Assembly: GCA_963804165.1 (NCBI GenBank) | Contig: CAWDPO010000043.1 | Span: forward strand, 32,001-96,000 | Reading direction: 5' to 3' | Source: an uncultured delta proteobacterium | GTDB taxonomy: Bacteria > Desulfobacterota > Binatia > UBA9968 | DNA length: 64,000 bases | Part shown: piece after piece, positions 31,766-42,099 of the stretch | Layout: each line of letters starts with the position of its first letter | Position numbering within the stretch: position 1 is the stretch's first letter | Position numbers and translations under genes: made by a program | The notes under the pieces: model-generated | The model's database searches: none | Told to the model about the DNA's origin: nothing | What the model saw: only the letters and a program-made list of their open reading frames with translations

Positions 31766-32218
31766 TTAGTCTCCGCCCTGCATTGTCCGAAAAACACAGC
31801 CGGAACTCGAACCGTGCGGGCAACCTTGGAGCATCAGACCACGGATCGCGGCTTCGACGCGATTGCGCAGCCCGAACTTTCTGAGGATTTTTTCCATATG
31901 CCGTTTAACAGTGGCAGGACTAATGCTTAGGTCCAACGCGATCTCTTTGTTGGTCCTGGCCCGTGCGACAAGAGCGAGCACCCGCTGTTCGGCGGCGGTG
32001 ATCTTTAACGATTTGCCCGACGCGTGATCTTTAACCGCTGTCAATTCACTCCGAGAGTCCGCCCCACAATCCACATTGCGAAACAATCTCGGCCGCTTTG
32101 ATTTCGCCTCGGTCGATCGCATCCCTTTGGACTTACCGTTGAAACCATTTCTATTAGCCATCCAAGCCGTGCTCCCTTCAATCCTTGAAGCTTTTCGCTT
32201 TCTCCTTCGCTCGATCAT
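31766..32218 (-). CDS. LuxR-type HTH regulator without a receiver domain
   Basis: TAAEQRVL...TNKEIALDLSISPATVKRHMEKILRKFGLRNR. Confidence 0.8.
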   Translation of the reverse strand: MIERRRKRKASRIEGSTAWMANRNGFNGKSKGMRSTEAKSKRPRLFRNVDCGADSRSELTAVKDHASGKSLKITAAEQRVLALVARARTNKEIALDLSISPATVKRHMEKILRKFGLRNRVEAAIRGLMLQGCPHGSSSGCVFRTMQGGD

Positions 32219-32254
32219 GCCAGGACTGCAGCTCTTGTTTCACGCAATGTGTAA

Positions 32255-32752
32255 TCACACGTCCAGTTCGTAGCCGGCTCTCGCCAATGCTCGGCGCGCG
32301 GCTTCCATGACAAACGGGCTATCGACGTGCGGCAAAACTCTTACTTCCGGTGCTTGTTGCAACCGCCGCAAAATCTCATCTACTTCGGATCTCGCCAGTT
32401 CTTCACACGTTTCGTACGTGCCTCCTGGGTCTTCTTCGATCGGGTTATGGAGCTTGAGAATGGAGCGCAAGGCGGCGATCACCCGCGTCGTGGGCGTCGG
32501 CACGAGTAACGCCACCAAAGCGCCGTGATCCAGCCGCAGTTTGGACGCGACGGGGAGCGGCTCGCCGCCGCGGATCCGCTGTGCCGCGGGCAGCAGGATC
32601 TTTTCCTCCATGCCGATGTGCTTCAGCAAACCCGAGCGGAATTGAGCATAAGCCGAGATATCGATATTTCCCGGGTCGGATATGGCTCGCTCGAGCAAGG
32701 CATCGAGGCGATCGTGATCGTCGGCAAGGTAACGGTGGATTATTCCGGGCAT
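32255..32752 (-). CDS. Hemerythrin-like protein, copy 3
   Basis: Intact paralog of copies 1 and 2. Confidence 0.85.
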   Translation of the reverse strand: MPGIIHRYLADDHDRLDALLERAISDPGNIDISAYAQFRSGLLKHIGMEEKILLPAAQRIRGGEPLPVASKLRLDHGALVALLVPTPTTRVIAALRSILKLHNPIEEDPGGTYETCEELARSEVDEILRRLQQAPEVRVLPHVDSPFVMEAARRALARAGYELDV

Positions 32753-32801
32753 AGAAAGCCTTTGCGATGCTAGCTATATTTCTCTTCTCGCCGCTGCTTC
32801 T

Positions 32802-32960
32802 CCTAAAATCCCAGTCTCAGTTTGAGGTTCTCGCCGATCAATAACGCGTGGGATAGAGAACTTCCTTTTCTGTTTTTGCATGCAACATCGGCGTTTCTGC
32901 AAAGCGGGCATGCTCCGGCTTTTTTCTCTATTTGCCACCGCGATTAACTTTTGAAGCGCA
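32802..32960 (-). pseudogene. C-terminal remnant of a paralog of the 17711-18160 hemerythrin-like gene
   Basis: Manual translation LQKLIAVANREKKPEHARFAETPMLHAKTEKEVLYP...IGENLKLRLGF* aligns with the 17711 ORF tail. Confidence 0.65.
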
Positions 32961-32991
32961 GTCTCTCACCTCTTCCCTTGGTGTCGAGCTT

Positions 32992-33621
32992 TCAATCTTT
33001 GTGCGCCGGCGTTCCTTGCGGCTCAGGATAGTGGCCTTCCGCAGGATTTTTGGCCGCCTCGTAATTTCTTTCGATATAGTGAATAAATTCGACATAAGCT
33101 TTTACATACCGTCGTCCCGCTTCGACGTCATCGCTCTGGAACGTTCTCTTAGCAATCACCTCTTTGAATCGGTCACCGACGCCGTCTTGCACCGCGTCGG
33201 TGAGGATTTTGGTCAAAGCTCTCGCCGAACCGGATTCCAGCGCCTTATCCGCAGCGGGAATAGCCGGCCCAAGATCACGGCCTGCCGGCTTCAGCCCCGT
33301 GTAGGATGCTCCTTCGCCGGCGCGATGGATTCGTATCAGCGTCTCAAAGAAGTAGGTCTCGGCAAGTTCCTTTGCTTGGGGATCGAGTCGGCGCACGGCT
33401 AGAGTCTTCTGAAAGGCCTTCTCAATCTCGGGCTCGTCGCGCTTCTGCACCCAGATCAACACGGGACTCAGGTTGCCTGAATCCAAAGCCTTCTGCGCCG
33501 CCTTCACCACCGGCCCATCCAAACCGTCGCAATGGGCAAAGCTTCTGTCGGATCCAACAAGATCTGCGGTCAATACACTTAAAGCAGCAAAGAACACGAT
33601 TACGATCTTTTTCGTTTTCAT
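32992..33621 (-). CDS. DUF6448-type exported protein with HCDxxDGP mature N-terminus
   Basis: Signal peptide, then HCDGLDGPVV; FFETLIRIHRAGEGA. Confidence 0.75.
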   Translation of the reverse strand: MKTKKIVIVFFAALSVLTADLVGSDRSFAHCDGLDGPVVKAAQKALDSGNLSPVLIWVQKRDEPEIEKAFQKTLAVRRLDPQAKELAETYFFETLIRIHRAGEGASYTGLKPAGRDLGPAIPAADKALESGSARALTKILTDAVQDGVGDRFKEVIAKRTFQSDDVEAGRRYVKAYVEFIHYIERNYEAAKNPAEGHYPEPQGTPAHKD

Positions 33622-33762
33622 CTCCTACTCCTGCTTTCCCTCCAGAGCACGGGCTCTCTCAATTGACGCCGTCTCCGTCTGATTTGATAGACTGCTGCTC
33701 CAATCATCTTTCTTCTCTTCTGTTACGTCATTCGCACTCTCTGCTTCCGAGCGTTCCGTGTA

Positions 33763-34389
33763 CTAACGCGTCTTTAGATCTACGTTGAGCGCAAAGACCT
33801 CGCCATCGCGCACGATTTCAACACTGTCGCTTCTGACATCTAGGTTTGGATACCAAATCTCGACGCGCACCTTACCCAAGGGTACGTTTTTGATCTCATA
33901 ATTGCCCCGGCTATCAGTGGTAGAAAAAAAAGGGTGATCTTTCACGACAACGAAGGCTTCCATATTTGGGTGGGCGTTACACAGAATGCGAGAAACGCCG
34001 GCCTTGTCGAATTTTTTACTTCGAGTCTTCCCTGAAGCGTAAAGACCGAGATCGAAATCGTTCGCGCCGCCCTTGGAATACACATTGTGCCAAGACTTGT
34101 CGTTGTTTGGAAAATCAACGGTCTCACCGACCATAATCGCTACCACTGTCGGAACAAACTTAAGGTCGCGTTGATCGATGATTTTTTTCTGCGGCTTGGT
34201 GTGCGACATCTGGGTTTTTATCTGGTCCTTCGAAAGACCTTCTATCGAGACAACCGCATCCGTGGCCGGTTTGCCGCCGATGGTGATCGTGCCCTTAACA
34301 ATGCCCACGCCTGCCGCATCTGCGGCTAGAACCGCCGAAGGGCCGCCGAGAAGCACACCGACAATAATCCACAAAGTCAGCTTTTTCAT
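33763..34389 (-). CDS. Exported cupredoxin plus carboxypeptidase-regulatory-like domain protein
   Basis: HNVYS...CNAHPNM type-1 Cu ligands. Confidence 0.8.
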   Translation of the reverse strand: MKKLTLWIIVGVLLGGPSAVLAADAAGVGIVKGTITIGGKPATDAVVSIEGLSKDQIKTQMSHTKPQKKIIDQRDLKFVPTVVAIMVGETVDFPNNDKSWHNVYSKGGANDFDLGLYASGKTRSKKFDKAGVSRILCNAHPNMEAFVVVKDHPFFSTTDSRGNYEIKNVPLGKVRVEIWYPNLDVRSDSVEIVRDGEVFALNVDLKTR

Positions 34390-35126
34390 TTTTTTACCCC
34401 CGATGACGGTGTGAAAGTGAAATCGACGCTTTGTGCCTTAGCCGGTTTTACTTCGATACGCTTCTCCTGAGTTCCTAGGCTCTCGTGCCAAATTTTCAAT
34501 TGATAGACCCCCGGTGGAACGTCAGTGATCTCGTATTCTCCATAGATGTCGGATACCGCGTGATAGGGATGCTCGGTAACCACGATGTATGCGGCCATCC
34601 AAGGATGGACTTCGCAGCGAATATTGACGATGCCAGCCGCAATCAGTGGTTTTCGGCTAACGCGCCCAGGATAAAGCCCAATATTGAACTGAGGCTGCTC
34701 GTTCGTGAAGAGAGCATGTGCGGTGTGGAGGATCGGATCGGAATTTTTGAAAAGTACGAACTGACCGATGCTCGCCGCTTGCACACGCGGGCCGAAACGA
34801 CACTTAACGTTATCCAACTCGTGGATAGTTTCCTTCTCCACCGCTTTCCCTTTGGCGATACCTTCTAGAGTTACAACCGCATAGCGCAGCCCGTGACCGG
34901 GGCCGACAATCAAACTCTCATTCGGCACATCCCTACAGATCTCCCTGTATTTTGTGATCTGCGGCGGCGTCAACTTCGGCAGCTGACCGTCCACTCTTAC
35001 GGTACCGCGAATCGTCGCTCCGTCTTTCACCGCGATTTCTTCATAGGCGTAAACCGAGATGGGAAAGGCCACCGACAGTAATGCCGCCAAACTCAAGCAG
35101 GCCAACTTTTTTAGTTTAATCTTCAT
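34386..35126 (-). CDS. Exported cupredoxin plus carboxypeptidase-regulatory-like domain protein
   Basis: NSDPILHT...CEVHPWM...WHESLG. Confidence 0.8.
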   Translation of the reverse strand: MKIKLKKLACLSLAALLSVAFPISVYAYEEIAVKDGATIRGTVRVDGQLPKLTPPQITKYREICRDVPNESLIVGPGHGLRYAVVTLEGIAKGKAVEKETIHELDNVKCRFGPRVQAASIGQFVLFKNSDPILHTAHALFTNEQPQFNIGLYPGRVSRKPLIAAGIVNIRCEVHPWMAAYIVVTEHPYHAVSDIYGEYEITDVPPGVYQLKIWHESLGTQEKRIEVKPAKAQSVDFTFTPSSGVKK

Positions 35127-35139
35127 GATGATTTCAATC

Positions 35140-35155
35140 AGCAATGCGTATGCCA
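35140..35155 (-). promoter_or_regulatory. Sigma-54 promoter
   Basis: TGGCATACGCATTGCT. Confidence 0.6.
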
Positions 35156-35287
35156 GATATACACCATCTTCTCGTGATCTCCTTTTTTGCGATGAGGCAC
35201 ACCCACGGGCTCTCGCAGTTGTAATGCGCGCAGACGAATGAAGCTAACCTATTAACTGCGCCGGCTTTCCTGTCTTTGCGCTCGCCG

Positions 35288-35809
35288 CTATTTTTCAGCC
35301 CCGCCAGCCCCGCTTTTTTTCCACACCACGCGGACGAACTTATTATTATGCCCCCACTTGTAAGCGACCTTTCCACCCCGTGCTTTCTTAATAGAGCGTC
35401 CCAACCGCTGCGCCAGCTTCTCGGTCGTGGTCTGGACCCGCCAGCCACTGTTCGCCGCATCCATGCGCATAATCCGCTCCAGCGGATTTTTCTCCCGCGC
35501 GCGCGACTCTTCGTTGCGCAAGATTCTCGCAATCTCTCCGCGGCTTTCCGCCTCAACGCCGCGCAGAGTCAGCTCACCGCCCGGAAACCTATCCTGAATC
35601 TTCCGGCACGCGGGACAGAAAACAAGATGGCTCTGTATTTGGCTGCTAAATTCACCGGGCGGCGTCAGAGTCCAATGGCGCCGATGGTGAAACGCGCCGC
35701 AGCCACTGCACTGTATGACGCCCTTCGGATCCAGTCGCGGCAGGTACATATCTCTTTCGACATGACCCTTCTTGTACAAGGTGTTGTATTTTTTTGGTGC
35801 TGCTCGCAT
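35288..35809 (-). CDS. BCAM0308-family (NMD3-like) protein
   Basis: CxxC...CPACRKI...NPLERIM...TTTEKLAQRLGR. Confidence 0.8.
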   Translation of the reverse strand: MRAAPKKYNTLYKKGHVERDMYLPRLDPKGVIQCSGCGAFHHRRHWTLTPPGEFSSQIQSHLVFCPACRKIQDRFPGGELTLRGVEAESRGEIARILRNEESRAREKNPLERIMRMDAANSGWRVQTTTEKLAQRLGRSIKKARGGKVAYKWGHNNKFVRVVWKKSGAGGAEK

Positions 35810-35826
35810 ATATACGCTCCTCGCTA

Positions 35827-36150
35827 TTAAGTTTTCGCCGTCAGCGTGTCCAACCAGGCGCCGAGCGGACCGCGGCCAATTTTTCTGACGATTGCCTCGA
35901 GCTCACCCGGATCCAACCAAATTCCACCGCATTGATGGCAGCGATCGAGCGCGAATCCCTCGAAGGTATAACCCTCCAGCTTGCCGGGACATTTGGGACA
36001 GCTACGCGGTGTTCCAACAGTCTCGACCTTACGAAGTTGACTGCGGAGTTTTTCCAAGACCTCCCGATCTCGCTCCGCAAAGTAAATGTCTTCTTTGGCT
36101 CTCTCGACAAGACGCATAGTATCGCCAAATCGATCCTTTTCATTTTCCAT
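35827..36150 (-). CDS. zf-TFIIB zinc-ribbon protein
   Basis: CPKC...DRCHQCGGIWLDPGEL. Confidence 0.8.
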   Translation of the reverse strand: MENEKDRFGDTMRLVERAKEDIYFAERDREVLEKLRSQLRKVETVGTPRSCPKCPGKLEGYTFEGFALDRCHQCGGIWLDPGELEAIVRKIGRGPLGAWLDTLTAKT

Positions 36151-36186
36151 ATATCTCACCTCCACGGCTTTCACCCAGTCAAAGAA

Positions 36187-36202
36187 CGCAGCTTTGATGC
36201 CA
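36187..36202 (-). promoter_or_regulatory. Sigma-54 promoter
   Basis: TGGCATCAAAGCTGCG. Confidence 0.6.
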
Positions 36203-36377
36203 GCAGGCGTACGATCTTATTTACTTTTTGTTGAATTGGGAGAGGAGGATACGCAGGAGAGCGGCGCTGGCATTACCTAAAATTATCAAAATCGCTAAAG
36301 ATCGGCCGCTCGTTTCGTGCCTTTGCGAAATTAGCTCTGGTGACGGAGAGGCTCCGCAGCTTTTCGCGAAGCTCCAC

Positions 36378-36393
36378 GGGCATCTCTTTTGCG
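36378..36393 (+). promoter_or_regulatory. Sigma-54 promoter (divergent)
   Basis: GGGCATCTCTTTTGCG. Confidence 0.55.
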
Positions 36394-36451
36394 TTGCTGA
36401 TGATTCAGTTACTTTGCACTAATGGAATGCTTCGACTTGAAAAGGAGGGGG

Positions 36452-36859
36452 ATGAAGATGACGATCAGACTTTTTAGGTGGATCACCGCGGCAGTCGTGC
36501 TGTTTGCACCGATGATGCAATCTTTCGCGGACGAGAATGGCGGTAAAGAAATGTATTTGAAGTATTGCGCCTCCTGCCATGGGAGCCAAGGGAGGGGCGA
36601 CGGCCCGGTCAGTCGCGATTTGAAGGTCAAGGTTCCCGACTTGACGCTATTGCGAAGCAAGAACAAAGGCACTTACCCGCTGGATCGAGTGATGTCTTCG
36701 ATCGACGGCAGTCGCGTCGTGCGCGCGCACGGCGATCGTAACATGCCGGTGTGGGGCGAAGTGTTTAGGAAAGAACACGAAAAACAAAAATATACCGAGT
36801 TGACCTCACTTCTCAAAGCTAAGCTCATCGCCGAATATGTCGGCACATTGCAAAAATAG
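36452..36859 (+). CDS. Monoheme cytochrome c
   Basis: CASCHG...GDGP...HGDRNMPVWG. Confidence 0.9.
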   Translation: MKMTIRLFRWITAAVVLFAPMMQSFADENGGKEMYLKYCASCHGSQGRGDGPVSRDLKVKVPDLTLLRSKNKGTYPLDRVMSSIDGSRVVRAHGDRNMPVWGEVFRKEHEKQKYTELTSLLKAKLIAEYVGTLQK

Positions 36860-37044
36860 TTTGAAGTCTTTTGCGCTTTGGCTACGGCCCTCGGCTTCGC
36901 AATTTAGTCGGCGAACTCTTCACGATGTTTCATACGGCAGAAGTCTTTTTAATAACGTGACCAGCCCTTACCGAGACAAATATCCGCTCACGCCTAGGTA
37001 TAACGTGGCTGCTGTGGGTTTGGAGAAACTTTGAGAGCTCGGGT

Positions 37045-37863
37045 ATGAGCGAAATTTACGGTTTCGACACTTATTCACCCAAGGAAATCGCCGAACGCGT
37101 TGAGACTATTGGAGTAGCAAAGGCGCGGTTGCCGCTATTGTCGCAGATCATGTTGGGCGTTCTCGCGGGCGGCTTCATCGGCCTGGGGGCGCTTTGCTTC
37201 ACCCTCGTGACCAGCGACACCAGCCTCGGCTTTGCCGCCAGCCGGCTACTTGGCGGTCTGGCTTTCTCGCTGGGTTTGATCCTCGTGGTCGTGGCCGGCG
37301 CGGAGCTTTTTACTGGAAACAATCTTTTGGTAATGGCCTGGGCGAGCAAGCGAATCACCACCGGTGAGTTGTTAGAAAATTGGCTTGTTGTCTACCTGGC
37401 CGATTTCGCCGGCGCCATTGGCCTGGCCTGTCTCGTCTACTTCTCGGGCCATTGGGAAATGAACGACGGAGGGGTCGGTGCTAACATGGTGAAGATCGCT
37501 GCGGCCAAAGCCGCCATACCATTCTGGGAAGCCTTCTTTAAGGGAATACTTTGCAACATCCTAGTCTGTCTCGCGGTGTGGCTCGCGTTGGCCGGACGCA
37601 GTGTAATCGATAAGATCTTCGCGATTATTTTTCCCATCTCGGCATTCGTCGCCGCGGGCTTCGAACATAGCATCGCCAACATGTACTTCATCCCACTCGG
37701 CATTTTAGTCCAAGGACATTTCTCCGCTTCCGGCTCAGCAGCATTAAATTGGACGGGCCTCCTCACCAACCTCATCCCAGTGACGCTGGGGAATATGGTA
37801 GGTGGTGGCGTGATGGTCGCGGCTGTGTATTACCTCGTCTATCGTCATCACGCCGTCGATTGA
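37045..37863 (+). CDS. Formate/nitrite transporter (FNT) family channel
   Basis: AELFTGN, GILCNILVCLAVW, GFEHSIANM. Confidence 0.92.
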   Translation: MSEIYGFDTYSPKEIAERVETIGVAKARLPLLSQIMLGVLAGGFIGLGALCFTLVTSDTSLGFAASRLLGGLAFSLGLILVVVAGAELFTGNNLLVMAWASKRITTGELLENWLVVYLADFAGAIGLACLVYFSGHWEMNDGGVGANMVKIAAAKAAIPFWEAFFKGILCNILVCLAVWLALAGRSVIDKIFAIIFPISAFVAAGFEHSIANMYFIPLGILVQGHFSASGSAALNWTGLLTNLIPVTLGNMVGGGVMVAAVYYLVYRHHAVD

Positions 37864-37895
37864 AAAATTTTTAGATAGCCCGCCTTGCCCGCTTA

Positions 37896-38366
37896 TCAAG
37901 CGGCTTTAGCCATCGTCCCAGCCCGCTCCCGCCGTGGAACTACCAAGACGGGGCACGGCGCACGTGCCACGACCTTTTCCGCAATGCTGCCCAAAATGAA
38001 GTGGTCGACGCCGGTCCGACCGTGAGTCGACATCACGATCAAATCGACGGCCTCGTCGGCCGCCTTCTCGACGATATTTTTGTGCGATGTGCCAAACTCA
38101 ACTGCGTAACGCACCTCGACCAAGTCGATGCAGTCGGCGAAATTATCGGCAACAAACTTTTCCAACAGCCGCCGGCTCTCTTCCAGCATGTCGTGATAAG
38201 CCGTGACTTTCGGCGGTTTGTCTTTCCACTCGCCACCGACTTCTATGGCGTGGTAAACGACAACTTCGGCGCTCGCATCGCGCGCCATCTCCAAGGCATA
38301 CCGAAGTCCAACCTTCGATATTTCGGAAAGGTCGGTCGGCGCCAATATCTTTTTGACTCTAGTCAT
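37896..38366 (-). CDS. Universal stress protein
   Basis: ILAPTDLS...MSTHGRTG...GSIAEKV...PCPVLVV. Confidence 0.92.
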   Translation of the reverse strand: MTRVKKILAPTDLSEISKVGLRYALEMARDASAEVVVYHAIEVGGEWKDKPPKVTAYHDMLEESRRLLEKFVADNFADCIDLVEVRYAVEFGTSHKNIVEKAADEAVDLIVMSTHGRTGVDHFILGSIAEKVVARAPCPVLVVPRRERAGTMAKAA

Positions 38367-38404
38367 AGGAACCTCCTTCGTTTTCGCTCTCGCTCCTGGG
38401 AGGT

Positions 38405-38908
38405 TCAAGTTTCCTTCAAGCTGTCCTTTAGAAACCCCAGGAGCTCTATGTGCTTTTCCGAATCTCGCATCATGGCATCCAGAAGAATTTTAAAGACGCC
38501 GTGGTAGTAACCGCTGCTCTCTTTCAGGAGCGTCTTGCATTCTTTTATGCCCTCTTTTTCAAGCTCGATAAATTCTTCAGTGCTTGCACGAAGCCGCCCG
38601 TTGAGCATGGCAAGGTCGGCCGTGCCCTCAAGGCTCCCTTCCGGCCTCGTCCAAGTGAGGCTGCCTTTCAGTGTGGCGATCATCGCGTGAATCACTGCAC
38701 GATGCTTCTCCTCATCGGAGATGACAAGCTGCAAGATAAACTTGGTGACCGGATTCGGTAACCCGCCCATGAGTGTCTTGTATTGTTCAATGGACTTTTC
38801 TTCCTTTGCTTCATGAGCTTCAAATTCATTGAGCAACCGCTCGATGGGAGATATTTCCGCCGATGCCTTCGTGCTGAACAGCCCTCCCATTCCATAGATC
38901 TCGTCCAT
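38405..38908 (-). CDS. Ferritin/rubrerythrin-like four-helix protein
   Basis: E...DEEKH...E...DSEKH. Confidence 0.7.
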   Translation of the reverse strand: MDEIYGMGGLFSTKASAEISPIERLLNEFEAHEAKEEKSIEQYKTLMGGLPNPVTKFILQLVISDEEKHRAVIHAMIATLKGSLTWTRPEGSLEGTADLAMLNGRLRASTEEFIELEKEGIKECKTLLKESSGYYHGVFKILLDAMMRDSEKHIELLGFLKDSLKET

Positions 38909-38996
38909 AACGTCCCCCTTCCCTGCTTCGCTTAATTTCGTTTTGGCACACGAATCATTCTTCCCTGTTGAACCGGTTTCCTGTAACTGTCTCTAG

Positions 38997-39012
38997 CGCA
39001 AAACACATGCCA
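38997..39012 (-). promoter_or_regulatory. Sigma-54 promoter
   Basis: TGGCATGTGTTTTGCG. Confidence 0.7.
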
Positions 39013-39159
39013 TCAAAGAACGGAACAAATACTTGTGATTACACTCGCATTGAAAATTTTTCTCTTAGTTGTGAGAACTTTACTTGTTGGTTTCGCAGCT
39101 GTGCGAATAAAAATTCGGCGAGGCGCTGCTTTCATTACGATAATTGCGCGCTTGAGCAC

Positions 39160-39175
39160 CGGCACGAAAATCGCT
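39160..39175 (+). promoter_or_regulatory. Sigma-54 promoter upstream of gap
   Basis: CGGCACGAAAATCGCT. Confidence 0.5.
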
Positions 39176-39355
39176 CATGTGAACGATCGTCGGACTAGTC
39201 CGGCTGTTTTTTAGCATGGCGCGCAAATTGGGGACTCCAGGAGTAGTCGTATAGGCCCAATACGCTCAGTGGCCAAACATTATTATTTCACCAGAGCAGC
39301 TTCGCGATCGCTTTCAACCCGTAACGATCCGCGGCTGCAGTTGAAAGGATCTCTC

Positions 39356-40369
39356 ATGCCAACCAATCTCGCAATCAACGGCTTTGGCCGCATCGGCCGG
39401 CTCGTACTACGTACCCTAATGGCACGCTACAAAACAAATCTCACGGTGATCGCCATCAACGATATGGCCGACTTGAAAACCAATGCCCATTTGTTTCGCT
39501 ACGACTCCACCTACGGAATCTATCCGGGAACAATTGAAACGGGCGATGGTACAATGACTGTCGACGGACGAAAAATCAGCGTACTCAACCAGAAGGATCC
39601 CTCCCGTTTGCCCTGGAAAGAGTTGGGTGTCGACATTGTCATCGAAGCGACCGGCGTTTTTACCGACGCTGCCCAGGTGCGAGCCCATCTAAACGCCGGC
39701 GCGAAAAAAGCGATTGTTACCGCTCCCGCCACTCACGAAGACATTACCGTTGTGCTTGGCGTCAATGACACCGACTACAATCCGCGCAAGCACCATATCG
39801 TCTCCAATGCATCGTGCACGACCAACTGTCTGGCGCCGGTGGCTAAAGTGCTCCACGACAATTTCGGCATTGAGCGCGGTCTCATGACGACTATCCATGC
39901 CTACACCAACGATCAAAGGATTCTTGACTTGATGCATAAAGATCTCCGCCGAGCCCGGGCAGCTGCGATGAATATCGTGCCGACCAGCACCGGTGCCGCA
40001 AAGGCCATCGGCCTTGTCATGCCGGAGTTAAAAGGCAAGCTGCATGGCATCTCGCTGAGAGTACCGACATCAACGGTCTCCGTCGTCGACCTAGTAGTCG
40101 ATCTTAAACATTCGGCAACAATGGAGAATATCAATGAAGCCTTGAAGCAAGCGGCAGAAGGGCCAATGAAGGGCGTCCTTGTCTTTTGCAGCGAGCCGCT
40201 AGTATCCAGTGACTTTCGCGGCAATCCCGCTTCGTCGATTGTCGACGGTCTATCGACGGTAGTGCTTGATGGCAAGATGGCCAAGGTGCTGAGCTGGTAC
40301 GACAACGAGTGGGGTTACAGTTGCCGCGTCGCAGACCTCGCAATGTTGATAGCGGAAAAAGGATTCTAG
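39356..40369 (+). CDS. gap: Type I glyceraldehyde-3-phosphate dehydrogenase
   Basis: [28 protein letters not shown]. Confidence 0.97.
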   Translation: MPTNLAINGFGRIGRLVLRTLMARYKTNLTVIAINDMADLKTNAHLFRYDSTYGIYPGTIETGDGTMTVDGRKISVLNQKDPSRLPWKELGVDIVIEATGVFTDAAQVRAHLNAGAKKAIVTAPATHEDITVVLGVNDTDYNPRKHHIVSNASCTTNCLAPVAKVLHDNFGIERGLMTTIHAYTNDQRILDLMHKDLRRARAAAMNIVPTSTGAAKAIGLVMPELKGKLHGISLRVPTSTVSVVDLVVDLKHSATMENINEALKQAAEGPMKGVLVFCSEPLVSSDFRGNPASSIVDGLSTVVLDGKMAKVLSWYDNEWGYSCRVADLAMLIAEKGF

Positions 40370-40381
40370 GAGGAGCAAGCC

Positions 40382-40771
40382 ATGATAGCGAAGGATTTTA
40401 TGACCCGTGACATCATTACGGTTAGCCCGAGCACCAAAGTTAAGAATTTGGCCATGATCTTGATCAAGAATCAGATCAGCGGTGCCCCCGTCGCAAATAA
40501 AAACGGTAAAATCCTCGGCATCGTTTCGGAAGCGGATATCATTGCCAAAAGAGGCAAAGATGCAAAGGCGATCATGAGTAAAAAAGTAATAAGTATCCGG
40601 CAGGATGCATCCGTGGAAGAGATCGCCCAACTCATGGTGACCCACGCTATCAAACGGTTACCGGTCATGGAGGGCGGCAAGATTATCGGAATCGTCAGCC
40701 GCGCCGACATCGTCAACGCCATCGCGATGGGCGAGCACGTCGCGTGGTACACGCCAATTTACGACTTGTAG
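40382..40771 (+). CDS. CBS-domain protein
   Basis: Two CBS repeats. Confidence 0.9.
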   Translation: MIAKDFMTRDIITVSPSTKVKNLAMILIKNQISGAPVANKNGKILGIVSEADIIAKRGKDAKAIMSKKVISIRQDASVEEIAQLMVTHAIKRLPVMEGGKIIGIVSRADIVNAIAMGEHVAWYTPIYDL

Positions 40772-40944
40772 GATCTTTCTTACAGCGCGGCAGCATCGGC
40801 AAATCCAATTGCTTAGAATCTCATTAAAGGGATCACACGTGCGTTCTTCCGTAAGCGTTCGCGGAGAAGCCTAAGGAAAGCCGCCGCTATATGATCGCGA
40901 TTCAATTGCACCCTTCTATCTATCCCCGGAAATATTTGTGTTGA

Positions 40945-41394
40945 CTAATGATTACTTTTGGGCCTGATCGATAGTACCGGGCAGGTCGCACGTGCGACAA
41001 CTTTGGCCGTCACGCTGCCTAGCATGACTTGGTCAAGGCCCGTGCGCCCATGCGTAGACATGACGACGATGTCGGCGTTTTCCTCTTGGGCTTTTGTCAC
41101 GATCTTATTGTAAGGGACTCCCGCCTCGACCACTTCTGTGATCTTCACTTTGCCTATAAAATCGGCGAAGTTTTCTTTGACAAACCCGCGCAGACGTTCC
41201 TTTTGCTGCGGCACAAGCGCTCCGGCAGGATTCAAAGAATCATCTTTCCCGAACCAGTCACCGTCTTCGCTGATAACGTGATAAACAATTACCTCCGAAC
41301 CCTGCTCTAACCCGATCTCCAATGCATAGCGAACTGCCGGTCGTGATAGCTTGGAAAGATCCGTCGGCGCGAGAATTCTCTTTGGTTTGGTCAC
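40945..41394 (-). CDS. Universal stress protein
   Basis: USP motifs. Confidence 0.9.
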   Translation of the reverse strand: MTKPKRILAPTDLSKLSRPAVRYALEIGLEQGSEVIVYHVISEDGDWFGKDDSLNPAGALVPQQKERLRGFVKENFADFIGKVKITEVVEAGVPYNKIVTKAQEENADIVVMSTHGRTGLDQVMLGSVTAKVVARATCPVLSIRPKSNH

Positions 41395-41602
41395 GACAAG
41401 CTCCTCTACTTTGAATCTCCCTAGACTTGGACGAAGAGAAGCGCAAAAAATATGCCTTCATTCTCGCAGCGATTCTCGGTTTCCTTGTTCCCTTGGCTCG
41501 TTTTGTTTCGCACCTTTGAAAAAATTTGACCGAACTTTTCTCGTCCTTGGCAATAAATCTTCTCAACCGATGAAACTCGCAGGCACATTTAAGCGTAATT
41601 CT

Positions 41603-41618
41603 TGGCACAGACAGTGCA
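41603..41618 (+). promoter_or_regulatory. Sigma-54 promoter
   Basis: TGGCACAGACAGTGCA. Confidence 0.65.
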
Positions 41619-41687
41619 CATACGACTTGTTAGAACTTTAGGACACGACCTATGAATTTCGTAGCATCTATCGGGAGGTACAGTTGG

Positions 41688-42098
41688 ATGAAAGTCGCCG
41701 ATGTCATGAGCAAAGAGCCCCTCACAATCGCAGCCACGGAAACGATCCGGCAGGCCGACGAGCTGATGTCGGAAAACAACATTCGCCAGATCCCGGTCGT
41801 CAACGGTCGAGACCTTGTCGGTATCATTACCGACCGAGACATTCGGTCGTTCCTCAGCGGTTCCTTGCTCGGCGATCCCGAAGCGAGGGAGGAAGCCCTT
41901 GGGACAACGGTCCGCGACGTCATGACCACCGTACCCATATTCGTTTCTCCGAATGACGATCTGGAGGAGGCGGCGGAATTGCTGATCGAGGAAAAGATCG
42001 GCGGAATCCCGGTCGTGGATGAAGTGGAAGGCTTGGTCGGCATCATCACTTACATCGATTTACTGCGCTGCTTTTTGAACCGAATACAGGAGGACTGA
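41688..42098 (+). CDS. CBS-domain protein (AcuB-like)
   Basis: Two CBS repeats. Confidence 0.9.
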   Translation: MKVADVMSKEPLTIAATETIRQADELMSENNIRQIPVVNGRDLVGIITDRDIRSFLSGSLLGDPEAREEALGTTVRDVMTTVPIFVSPNDDLEEAAELLIEEKIGGIPVVDEVEGLVGIITYIDLLRCFLNRIQED

Positions 42099-42099
42099 C

